64,000 nt of DNA from Parasitella parasitica NRRL 2501 (taxonomy: Eukaryota > Fungi > Mucoromycota), in the NCBI GenBank assembly GCA_025201805.1, contig MU619285.1, forward strand, positions 31,942-95,941, given 5' to 3'. The notes under the pieces are model-generated. The model ran no database searches and was not told the DNA's origin. It worked only from the letters and a program-made list of their open reading frames with translations. The stretch's first letter is position 1. Each line of letters opens with the position of its first letter. Shown here piece after piece: positions 1-11,215 of this stretch. The translations under genes were made by a program, and so were the position numbers.

Positions 1-912
1 TTACCTTGCAAGGAGACCAATCATATTGTGCTATCGAGGCAATGGTGGATGAGAGGCAAGGTAGTCTGTATGCTCGCAAGTATTTTATCAGATCGCTTTC
101 AAACGAAGACGTGCCTGCCAAAGGATTCTTGGTTTTAAGATAGCATTTAGGTGATCGATAAACGCCTTGAGTCATGATTCTTTGATTGAAGCAACCCGTT
201 AATCGTAAGCGATCACATGATCCACGGCGGAAATACTTACTGCCAATCTTGCGGAACCATATTTGCTGTCATTACGATCAATTGAATGGATTCATCTCTG
301 AAGTATAAAATCATGGCCTGTTTCAAATGTCACAATTTGTTCATATCATGATATATGACTCATACGTACTTTTGTATGATGTACACCTTTCCGCATCAAA
401 CCTGTTAATGTGATGACAAAAGTGCTATATGTTGCATATGTACGTTACCGTATCGATCTTGTATTCTTGGCGAAGCAATTATTATGTTTGGCCATCGTGC
501 TCCCTGCTCCTTTAGTATGTGTGCAGATTCTCTTAAACCGTGGACAATGGTAATGGGTATGTTTTTGTGTTTAACATTCGACATGAGAAATTCAACGTCA
601 ACCATAAAATTGAATTGAATCATTGAAATTATATCATCCTATATGATTTTAGACAATAATATAGACAGTGCCTGATTGACCATCGACATACATGACATAT
701 CAGATCTTTCAAGGATGCTTTTAGTAGCGATGGCAAAACGGTTAATATCATCATTTTATCAGGAACTTGTTTGACAACTATCATATACCGCAGCCAACAT
801 TTTCTTTATCAGATAAAAGCACCGAAGAGGTCAAGCAAGTCTATACACAGGACATTAAAACGACTTCCATTAGAATCAAACAATGTCAGATGTACCGTAC
901 ATTTGTAGTCAT
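1..912 (-). CDS. TDP1: Tyrosyl-DNA phosphodiesterase 1, 5' part, multi-exon, runs off the left edge
   Basis: Spliced minus-strand reading: IQFNFMVDVEFLMS...ITIVHG...DRYG|VHHTK|AMILYFRDESIQLIVMTANMVPQDW|IMTQGVYRSPKC...FESDLIKYLRAY...QYDWSPCK. This contains the first HxK catalytic motif and the TQGVxxSP and DLxxYLxAY blocks of Tdp1. The start codon at 912 and the first exons are tentative. Confidence 0.88.
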
Positions 913-1094
913 TCTCTTTTAGTTTTGGAATAGAAAAAAAAAGTGTATATTGTTATATGAAAGAAAGAAAGAAAGGAAGGAAGAAAGAGGAAATTTAAAA
1001 AGCCTTCGCTTGAAACTAAAAATACAGAAAAATTTACATGTAATTAAACAACTGGAGAGAGAGAAAGAGAGAAAGAGAGAGAAGGGGGGAATGA

Positions 1095-2248
1095 TTAAGC
1101 ATTTGACTCCAATTTATCACGGATGTCTTGTAAAAATTGATCGTTAGCAGGCACGGGTGGTAGTCGTTTACAATGCTTCATTTTCATTTTTCGGAATTTT
1201 ACTAATGGATGGGTGGGATAAGGATGACTTTTGAAACTCTGATAACCACTGTATTTTGTACTTGCCATGTTATTCTTCTTTTTGTCCTTCTTTTTGTCCT
1301 TTTTCTTGTCCTTTTTCTTATCCTTGTCTTGTTTAACAGTGCTAGCAGCTACTCCAATGGCCGTCTCTTCAGAAAAACTGACAAACTTGCGCTTTTCTTC
1401 GCTGGTGGGCGACATTAACACATCTACATCGACATCTTCAAGATCGCTGTCGCTATCGCTATCGTCATTGTCGTCTGCGGATGAAATGTCAGATGAGGAA
1501 TTCACTGTATTTCCGTTGCGGATTGTATTTTGGATAGTCAAATGATCTTGGCTCAATGTATCGTCCAAGTTGTAATTGCTGGCGGAATCATCAAATTGTG
1601 GGGTAGCTACTGGTCTTGTCAAGATGGCAGGCACAACTGGTGCCCCCAGAGGTGAGGGGCTCTTGAATCCCTTGTCCTTTTTACCTTGCTTTTTCTTCTC
1701 ATTCTTTTGCTTTTTACCTTGCTTGTTTTTTTGTTTCTTGCCTTTCTTATCATCCTCGCTTTCCATTACTTGATCGACATAATGGCTGGTGTTTGAAACA
1801 TGGCCTGGTATCTTGTAAATTAGGCATTCTAAAGCGCTTCTATTATATAAATACTACCTTGAGGAGGCCAATGAGGATCAATTGAACTTCGTAAGAGATC
1901 TTTTACCAGAGGAAGTAACTCAATTTGCTATGAAAAAAAAAAAAGAAAAAAAAAGAAGAGACATTTAATACAAAAAAAAAGGGGGGGGGGGAGCAATGGG
2001 TTGGATCACAAGCACATACCGTCCAACTTTCTCCAGACAATGCTTTTAGGTCACGAATATAAACAAGACGATGCTTGGCGAGGACAGCACAGTCTTGTTC
2101 AGTGTCTGCTGGAGACCAGTTCTTTTCGCTCGCAATGCGATGCAATAAACTACTGACATCCTGATTGTAAAATACATCAGTAAGAGGGACATCCCTTCCT
2201 TTGCTAACATTGTCTACTTACATCAGAATCAGGTAAGACTTCCTTCAT
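1095..2248 (-). CDS. Hypothetical protein: N-terminal small helical (SAM-like) domain, Lys-rich repeats and an acidic tract; 4 exons
   Basis: ATG at 2248 and three GT-AG introns (first at 2221-2161) join MKEVLPDSD|DVSSLLHRIASEKNWS...LKALSGESWT|QIELLPLVKDLLRSSIDPHWPPQ|G...to the 1095-1766 ORF, which has KKDKKKDKKK repeats and a DDSDSDSDLED tract. Confidence 0.75.
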
Positions 2249-2557
2249 TGTTGTACCGAAAAAAAAAAACGCTGTGTCAAAGTTCAAATTAAACAGTTGT
2301 ATGAAAAGAAAAGGAAGGCGAAGAAAAGGGAGATGTCAGTATAAATAACAGCCCAATGTGACTCACCCTTTCAGTAGAATCGCTCCGAGAGAATGTTTTG
2401 AAACCTTCTTCATTTACTACCACTAGCAATTTAGCTTTAGGCGAAATGCACATCAGCATCTGAAAGTGCTATAATTGGCTGTACCGTATTCTTCTAGAAA
2501 CTGAGTACAATTGCAGTGACACTAACAATTGGAATAATGCCATTTTCGTTTTATTAT

Positions 2558-4146
2558 TTATTCAAAATGCTCATTTTGCTGCTTGATCTTTTTTCCAAAC
2601 TGCTGTAAATCTTCGATTAGCATTTCAGGCTCTTCCAACGCAGGAAAATGTCCACCCTAACAAGTAGAGGTTAAAAATAGAGCTCAATTGTCTATAAATG
2701 GACATGTTCTTACCGAAATCATCTCGTTGTACTGCTGCAGATCAGTTGCTGTTTCCAGCCAGTCTCTAGGCATCTGATATGTAATAGGCAACATATGTCA
2801 GCTAGAAGCTTATACCGCCATCTACATGTTATGCTTACCCTGGAAATATCATGAGCAAATGCACAAACAGCAACTGGAATCGTGACACGAGGCAAAACCA
2901 CTTTGATCATTTCATTTTGGTGCAAGCACTCATAATAGAGCCGAATTGAAGACGACATTGTGTTTGTAAGCCAGTATAAAGAAACCTGCGTCAGGAACTC
3001 TTTAGAGGTTATAGTCTCGGGCAGAGCTTCTGTGTCTTTTCGCTCTGCGGGATGGAATGTCCAATCGTGGTACTTTTCCAACATCCAGCCTGCCATGACG
3101 CAATCAGTATTACATTTTTGACATGAATAGCCGGGTGATAAAAGTTACCTAACAAGCCAATTGGACTGTCGCTTAGTCCATACGCCAATGTGTAAGGTTT
3201 GGTACCTTGAATGCTTCTATAGCCGCAATCCCGGTTACGCTCAGCGTTTGCAAATGTCGCTCCTCCCAATATTGTCTTTCCAGTACCGTAGACAGTGTCA
3301 AATCCTAGCACCAAGCTAGAAAAGAACTTTAATACTTTGAACGGATAAAATATCAGGTTTCTTGGCGTTGGCAGTGGCGGTAAAACCATCGGCATATTGG
3401 TATGATACGCTTTACAATGATCGTTATGGCGTGTGGCGATCCACTTGCCCACAATTCCTCCCCAATCTCCTCCATGATACACTAATAATGTATGATTATG
3501 TGTTATGGAGTTATATATAGTATCCTTTGTTCGATTTAACGGGATGAAACTTACTATATTTATCGTATCCTAAATTTACCATCAACGCATTTATTGTACT
3601 GGCCATCTTGGCAACGCCATAGCCCTTTTCTGTGGGCGCATCTGAGAACCCGAATCCCGGTAAACTTGGCACTATGACATGGAATGCCTATGGGTTTCAA
3701 TATACAAGCAAGTTTATATAAGCCTTAGCTGTATAAATCATTCGATGTCTACATACCTGGGCACCATGAAGTCCATCACGAAGAGGATTGATCAACTTGT
3801 GGAACTCATAGAATGTGGAAGGCCAGCCATGAAGTAGTACAATCGGCACCGCATGAGGGCTAAAGGATCGTTCATGAACATAATGAATCAGTAGGCCATC
3901 GATTTTCATACGATAATGGTGCCATTGAGCCATTTCAGCCCTTGAATCTTCCCAATCAAACGTCTGCCATTCTTCTACCAAAGGTTTGACGGCCCAAGAC
4001 GGAGCTCCTAAAGTCCAGCCATAGTCCTTTTCTAGTTCGTTGGGCCATACAACGTTGGATGTCTTGTCAATCAACTGCTGTTGCTTCTCGTCTGAGAATC
4101 CAGGAACTTCGAATGGCTCAAATTCTCCTTCAGATAAAAAGGGCAT
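2558..4146 (-). CDS. Microsomal-type epoxide hydrolase (EHN plus alpha/beta hydrolase), multi-exon
   Basis: Motifs LLHGWPSTFYEF, nucleophile GGDWG, QGTKPYTLAYGLSDSPIGL and C-terminal GGHFPALEEP. Stop TAA at 2558-2560. Confidence 0.93.
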
Positions 4147-4409
4147 TTCAGACGAAAAATTAAAAAATAGATGTTGAGCGATTTGGCAATATAGGCAGGA
4201 TTTATATGCTCTTTCCCCCCCACCTCTCTTCTTTTTAAGACAAAAAATGATGACTGTACTCTGTATTTATGTGTTACGTAAACACGCACTTTCACAACTT
4301 TTAGGCCAGCGTTATTGATCTCATAAAGGAAACTTACAGGCGGATGGAGCGCATCATTTCGAAAATCAAATGTCAGTTGTTTTTTTTTTTTATATTTTTT
4401 TTTTTTTTT

Positions 4410-4419
4410 NNNNNNNNNN
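4410..4419. other. Assembly gap (N run within a poly-T tract)
   Basis: 10 N bases. Confidence 1.
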
Positions 4420-5249
4420 TTTTTTTCGTGCGCCTGACTTCTTCTCTAGGATAGAGCAAGAGCATACCTGTGATAGACTAACAGTGCGGCAACATTAAAT
4501 GTAAAACTAGACTTCGTATCAGCAGATGATTTCAGTAAATAAACTACATCTGAATCTAGCTCTTGGGGAAAATTGCGCCGCAGCAACCAAACTAGACATA
4601 CGCCGTATTTTGAGGAGTATCTATATTTGTTATGTATCAGAGTTATGTATCATAATGTAGGAGACGATCCTCTAATGTTGTATTCCTGTGATGCAGCAGG
4701 AAAAAAAAAGTTCGTCCCAGTAACTTGCTGGTATAACTTCGTGCTATCCCGCATTTTTATAATTCAAGCAGGCGCAGTATGAAAAGTCAGACTTTCTTGT
4801 AGTATTCAACGTAGTCTTGAGATTTATGCAGTGAACCCACAACACAAGTGGCCTGTACACTCTTGTATTCGTTTAAACATCACATTTTATTTTATTTGAA
4901 GTAGAACATTTCATAGATTTAGATCACAAAGACACCAGCAATTTGCAAACATGTGCTTCTCTTGGTGCAGGCCCTATTAGCATGATGCCTTTCACAAGTA
5001 AATATTAGACTTTAAATCTGCTATGATATACAGTTTTCCTTTGCTTGAGCACAACAGCGCACCAATATTAATATTGACGCATTGCATGCGTTTTTGAGTT
5101 AAGTGATGCGGGTTCATCAAGGTGCATTGTTTACGCACTTTTACGTACTAGACGCAGAAAACAGGCGGCCTATGTGCATGCAGTTATATATATAGAATGC
5201 ATTTATCAAGGTTAGACTGTACTTGGTCACTTCAGATGAAGAAAATAAG

Positions 5250-8200
5250 AATAAACTCGGTATCTGATGATTGACTAAACGCTCAAGAGATATCGTACAC
5301 AATCAGATCCTGTCTGACACTTAATTGTCAAACAAGGTTGTGTACAATACTGTAGTAGTCAGAGCAAGACCTACCGTATATTATTCAATCAGCTAATTAT
5401 TTTGAATGTGAATCATTCATCGATAATTTAGAGTTCGAGATTTAGATTAAGTTGAACATAAATAGATAGTTTTTCTTGTACAAGACATTCTATTGATCAC
5501 TTCTATTTACTATATAATAGAATAGGCAGTGACATTTAACCTTGGATTCCATCAGAAACGGTTGCCATGACAACTGAATTGAAATAATAGGGTAACCATG
5601 GATATGACACTTTATTATGCAAGACGTTCCATGATCGTTTCTATTTTTTTTTTTATAAAATACTCGGTGATGTTTAACTTGGATTCAATCAGCTCTACGA
5701 GGCTGCCAGTCTCCAGAATAAATGAAAAATAAGAGACCTAAAAACCAAGAAGATATCACAGTATGGTTAATGGGGCAAAAAGGTATAAATATTTCCCAGA
5801 AAGCCTATCCATAATACAACAAGGCTTATTTTTTCTTTACATACAGTGGACTTGTTTAATATAAAAACTATAACCAAACAAACATAGACCAAGAAGGAAT
5901 GGCGTTAACTAATGCTTTGGTTGGTTTTTACAATGTCATTCTAGCTTGCTAGTTTTCGAGAAGTCGGCATTAAGCCAAGCGTATATTATTTTCAGAAACT
6001 AATTAAAAATACGTAAATGCTTCAGAAAATAATAAGTAAAACATGTGTGTATGAATCAAAGCATGGAATAAATGATCATGCATTTATATTTAGAATAAAA
6101 GTTCTTTAAACAGAGTAAATAATGTTGAAAGCCGGGCAAAAAAGGTTGAATCTTTCGAAATTGGAAATGGCTAAAGCGAAAAAGGCGATTTTATAAGCTG
6201 TACACTCTGTTCTATTTAATAATATGTTACAAGTGTCATGTCGGGTGTGCTGCATACCAAAAGCTTTCTGGTCCTGTTAACACAGATCGAGTTGTTCCTG
6301 AATTTGAGTTTTACAAAACGGCCGCAGCCAGCAAAATTTTGTTACTTTAGCATGATAAAGATATTCTGAATAAAACCAGATACGAAACTGAAGGTTTTTC
6401 TCGCCGTAGAAAATATAACCTTTATTCATACTAGAACTATATCTTGATCAATCTTTATCTTGTACATAACTTGATATAGGCCCATATGCTGAAAAAACAT
6501 CAGAAAAATCTTGTTTTGGCAGTATCTCGATTGCAAAGATAGATATCGAGAATCGAAAGACGTGGTGAGGTACAGTTATCATACTAGTATTGGCCTGTAT
6601 TCTTAGTTTGGTCCTCAAATCCGTACCTTAAAATGACCCTGAAGATCAACCCAAAGTTGAAAACTGAAAATCGAGTCTGAGGTTTGGGGTCTAAACATGG
6701 CAAAATCTGAAAAATGGTCATAGGTACATGAGGCTCCGACATGTTGTAGAGTATTGCAAAAGAAAAAGGTTTTAGCTGAAAGTTGTGTCTCCATCGCTTA
6801 ATAGTTTGTAAACATATTTGCAGAGATTGCGAATTATGCCTTTAAGCGGGGAAGTAGGTAATATTTCAGATTTGGTGGTATTTATTTCATCCAAAAATGA
6901 AGGTGTACAAGAATGGTTTTTGAGCCTGTATTATACAGTATCTCAGCTATTGATTCATGAGGGGACATATGCAAGATACCTATTAGAATAATGCTTTGCT
7001 CTTCAATTGAAAATAGTTGGTGCCCTCATTTACAGAGAAAAAGAAAGGCTGTAGATTGAATCTCAGCATTGTGTTTCCATTTGACCCGAACCAGTTTTGA
7101 GCATTTTCACATAGTTCATTGCTAGATATCTCAAAAACGCAATAGGTATATCGGATATGCGTACTAAGTGTTTTATAATAGAAAATAAATTCTGCATGCA
7201 GCCATATGAATTAAAAGACTATAGAAACACCTTTTTTTATTACCAATTTTTAAATATTCAAAAAACGCCCTTTTTGATCGTTTTTGAGTAAAATCAAGCA
7301 TATTTTGAGCACATTCAGCACTATAAAGTTGACCAAAACAACCATCATGTCAATACCTACACGTCAATATTTTAGTCATAACTGTAGCTATAATATTTCT
7401 GCCAAAAATTAAAACCTTGTCTCCACTAAAATGAACCAACAATTTTTCGGCCCTATGTTTAGAGGGCCAAAATGGAGCCTTTCAAAAGGGTAAAGAACCA
7501 TACTGTTTTTCGCCATTATCTCGCTCAAAAATTGATATTTTTAACCAAACAAAAACCATCGTGTAGCTATTTTGTAGCTCTATATTAGTATTGCTATACC
7601 ACGTAACTTTAAATACTACTTATTGCTCTGGAAGTTATAAAATAAATCAAGCCTCTGCTAAAAACAAATGGAAAAAATATTTTTTTCTTCATATCTATCT
7701 AAAAACTAATAAATCTAGTAGAGAATCAAGTTTAAAAAAGACTTTAGTATGAACACAAGCCAAAGTGTCTTAGTAGATTTTTGAGAAACAGAGGGATAAA
7801 GTTTAGTATAAAATGACAAAATTGGTTCAAGCTTGTCGAATTCGAGTTTTACTACGACATGTTTAGTACCAGGAGGTGTACCAAAGCGTGCCTTATTACC
7901 TTACTTAGGAACTTAAACATGATGTAATTGCAAAATTAGGTACTTGTTATAGCAACATATGCTGTAGTAAAATCTGCAAAATTTAGGTTTGGCAGTATCT
8001 CGACCGCAAAAATAGATATTAAGGATCCGAAACTGTGGTGAAGTATAGTTATCATACTAGTATTAGGATGCATACTTGCCTTGGACCCCAAATCCGTATC
8101 TAAAAATGACCCTGAAGATCGACCCAAAGCTGAAAATTGATGAGGTTTGGGGTCCAAACACAGCAAAATGAGAAAAGTGGTGATCAGTAGATGAGACTTG

Positions 8201-8400
8201 GGTACGTTGTAGAATGGTGCAAAAGAACAAAATTTTGTCTCAAGGTTGTGTGTCTATTGTTTAATAGTTTGTAAACATATTAGAGATTGACTTCAAGTGG
8301 AGAAAAGGGTGCTACTGTATTTCAGATTTGCTAATATTTATTTCATTCAAAAATAAAGGTATATATGAATGACGAGCTGCCATAATTGATATCTTTGTCA
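5250..8400. repeat. Non-coding, internally repetitive element (probable non-autonomous DNA-transposon or satellite-like family)
   Basis: Diverged direct repeat 6515-~6915 vs 7988-~8371 (offset 1473). Short direct repeat 5529-5555 vs 5667-5692. Recurring TATCTC..GATAT mini-palindromes. Segments recur inverted at 45.9-46.6 kb. No credible ORF. Confidence 0.75.
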
Positions 8401-8594
8401 TTATTTATTCTTTTTCTGAATATTTATTGTGTAGGGGAAAGCACTTTGATCAGGAGTGTTTTCCTTCACACAACATTCATTGATAAGCAGGCCTTAAAAT
8501 ATATTTGTAGTGCGTTTTGATTTATATGAGCTCGAATGGCATGAATTGACTTTGCGTGACATTTGAGTCTTGATTTCTCAGTTGTGCGCTTTTA

Positions 8595-9085
8595 GCTATA
8601 CCATTCCATTTGCAACCAGAATTGGCTCGGCCAGTTCGGGGTGATTAATATGACTGAAGCGACTTATTCCTGTCTCAACTTGTGGATCACTCTAGGAATC
8701 AGCTGCCTGGGTGGGTGTAGGTACAGCCCCTTTGTTTGCAAACTCTGTTGAAAGGCGACAGTTACTGCATCTTCTGGGTCTGGGAGGTAGCACCAAAGCT
8801 CCCTGTCCCGCTTGTTCTCCCTCGAAGCAAATGCTTCCATCTTGAGCCGCCTTCAAAGAGACTCCAGCATATTGAAGTGACGTCTGGGAAGTTTTAACTG
8901 GTACAGTGGCCTACTTCGCCTGCTCAGTGCATCTGCTGTCGTACTCCGCTTGCCGACAATGTGCTGAAATCTTATCCTTACTGTTGAATTCATTATTAAT
9001 TTCTGCAACCTCTGGCGCTAGATTTTGTAGAGCTATGGATGCGGTTTCCCTGGACTTCATTGCATATTTGACGACCGCGGTACAG
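8595..9085 (-). mobile_element. Degraded DIRS-type (tyrosine-recombinase) retrotransposon relic: RNase H plus adenine-methyltransferase-like domain
   Basis: Manual translation with a frameshift and stops: TAVVKYAMKSRETASIALQNLA / RFQHIVGKRSTTADALSRR...EAFASRENK...PDPEDA...AFQQ...GLYLHPPRQLIPRVIHKLRQE*...LITPNWPSQFW. These are the HIxG..ADALSR and LYxxPP..TPxWPSQxW hallmarks of DIRS pol. Confidence 0.82.
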
Positions 9086-9552
9086 TATCTCGACGAATTT
9101 GATCCGAAATAGCGTATAGATTAGAGTTCCCACCGCAATAGGCCACTAAATCAGTCAAAAACTGTGTCTTTTTGTCAACAGCTCGGGTGATGTTGATGAT
9201 GACAGAAAAAGGCACAGTGCCGGTTAAGAAAGGACGAGGTACTCTGGTAACAAAATGGCCGACTGGGCAATGAGGGTTCAGAGATGGAGTCATGACACTC
9301 GACTTTGAGAAAACTTCTAACAATAGTTTTTTTTGTTTGTTGAAACGACTTCGGACCTCGGAAGGTGCCGTTTGATTCTTTAGCGGAGGAAGCCATGAAC
9401 GGGTTCATTCTTAATTTATTTTCTATAGCTGAAGTGACCACGTACAGTCTAACCTTGGTAAATGCATGTACTTTATACCGGAAAGTAATATCCCATTTTA
9501 CATTAGGATTCCGATAGTTTGAATATCCACGCCCTTTGCAGGTATTGCTCAT
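9086..9552 (-). mobile_element. Frameshifted fragment resembling the N-terminus of a non-LTR (LINE) ORF1
   Basis: Two overlapping minus ORFs (9175-9552, 9057-9323) containing RVPRPFLTGTVPFSVIINITRAVDKK. I recall this block from Mucorales LINE ORF1 proteins but have not verified it. Confidence 0.4.
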
Positions 9553-9693
9553 TTATATATCGTTACAAGTATGAAAAACGCAAATTCGTATTTATATATA
9601 TATATATGAAGTATGGAAGAATGAGGGCCGAGCAAATAATCAATTGATACCGAGAATGATTGATGGAGTGGAATAAAATTAAGACAAAAAAGC

Positions 9694-10444
9694 TTATTTG
9701 TGCGAATTCAAATGTCCACATTTCTTGCAGGTCCTCAGTTGCTCATTTGACGCAAATTTTTCAATCACAGGTTTTAATTGTGTCCCCAAATCCACACAAT
9801 GAAATGATTCTTCATATACAATCTCTCTGCACTCTTCTTTTTCACAATACCATCTTAAAGAATCTATGGGTTTTTGGATTAGTCATTAAAATGTTCCCTT
9901 CAACAGTGTCACACTGAGTTTTATAATATTTGGAATATCTCATCAAATTTACCTGTATGATGGGGTAATCGAACTCTTTCAACGACAATCCCAATTGTAT
10001 TCTCATAACGGACAGGATTATGAGGCGTATTAGCTATCAAAAACTTTAGCATTGACCTCAAACATGCCGAGTTAAAACTCACCAGGAAGAAGAAACATGT
10101 CGCCTTCTTCAACATTGATATTCCTAAATACACCATCATCAACTACCTTGATTGTCAAATTCCCTTGCACTTGGTAAAACCATTCCTGATTTATGGAAAA
10201 AAGTGAAAGAAAAAAACAAAAAAAAAAAAAATCTCAGTTGCCTGTGTGTGATTTATTCGGCCATGTCAAATCCATACTATACCTCGGTCTCATTTATATG
10301 ATAGTCTGTCCGTTTATTAGGGCCACCGACAATCATTATGATTGTATCTTGACCTTTAGAAAGTAGGTAATTGTTTACCGGTGGTTGAAGTTTATCTGCG
10401 TTTTCTTTGATCCATTTTGGGAAATTAATTGGTGGCGAAAGCAT
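9694..10444 (-). CDS. BNA1: 3-hydroxyanthranilate 3,4-dioxygenase (kynurenine/NAD pathway), 4 exons
   Basis: Spliced: [28 protein letters not shown]...[19 protein letters not shown]|EWFYQVQG...EGDMFLLP|[20 protein letters not shown]...|[31 protein letters not shown]...[10 protein letters not shown]. It carries the Fe ligands (H, E, H) and the C-terminal cysteine pairs. Confidence 0.96.
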
Positions 10445-10499
10445 TGTGTCTCGGAAAAATTAAGGTAGAGAAGAAGAAAAGAAAGGAAAAGGGCATGTA

Positions 10500-10800
10500 T
10501 GGATTATTTATAATTACATGATGGATATCTAAAATCAAGTAGCCTGTGACTCGTCAGAGCCCAATGTTGATCTGATAATGACGATCTTCGTGAGCTAAAG
10601 ATGTACTTCAAAGTGCCACCATCTACTTGGGAGTAGTAGAGCCTTTTGTCCTGGCCACAGGTTTTTAGATATGCTATCAGGTTGGAAATGCTCACGTTGC
10701 CTTTGAATTCATCTTTATGATCATCAGTTCAGCTCTTCGTCTCATGGAGGTTGAGAGAAGCAGCCCCAAATCAATAATCTGAAGCTATAAATAGCCATTT
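10500..10800 (-). pseudogene. Short decayed coding-like fragment, possibly a MULE transposase relic
   Basis: NLIAYLKTCGQDKRLYYSQVDGGTLKYIF weakly resembles the block preceding the MULE DDE core. It has stops and a frameshift. Confidence 0.25.
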
Positions 10801-11215
10801 CCGAGGTCGATTATAAAAGTTCACCTGTCAAAAAAAAAACTTTAATACAATATTTTAACGCTAATTCATATATAATAATTGCGCTTTCAACAATAGTTAA
10901 GGCTTCGCAAGGATTATATACGCTATAATTGAACGAAATATTCCTAGAAACGCTCGAGCATAAATGCTGTTTGATGAATGACGTTTCTTCTAGATGAAGA
11001 CTGCACGAGATGCTCACGAGACAATCCCCCCCCTTTTTTTTTACAAACATTTGTGATTGCATCAAAAAGCAATAAGATTGACGCAGCGGGGAAATTACGA
11101 CTCTCAACGGGTAAATTGATTGCCTGAATACATTTGCTCTTTTTCTTTCAAGAGATGATACTTTTACCCGTGATTTTAGGCCAAGTATGTAAGAACAACA
11201 TACAGGTCTTCTTTA

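Noticed and set aside
5250-8400. CRISPR-like array
   Set aside because: Repeats are long, diverged and irregularly spaced, with no constant repeat-spacer structure, and the context is eukaryotic.
4420-9600. Centromere-like region (AT-rich repeats next to a LINE-like fragment)
   Set aside because: The gene-free interval is only ~5 kb and has no LINE reverse transcriptase, and I cannot identify a centromere motif from sequence alone.
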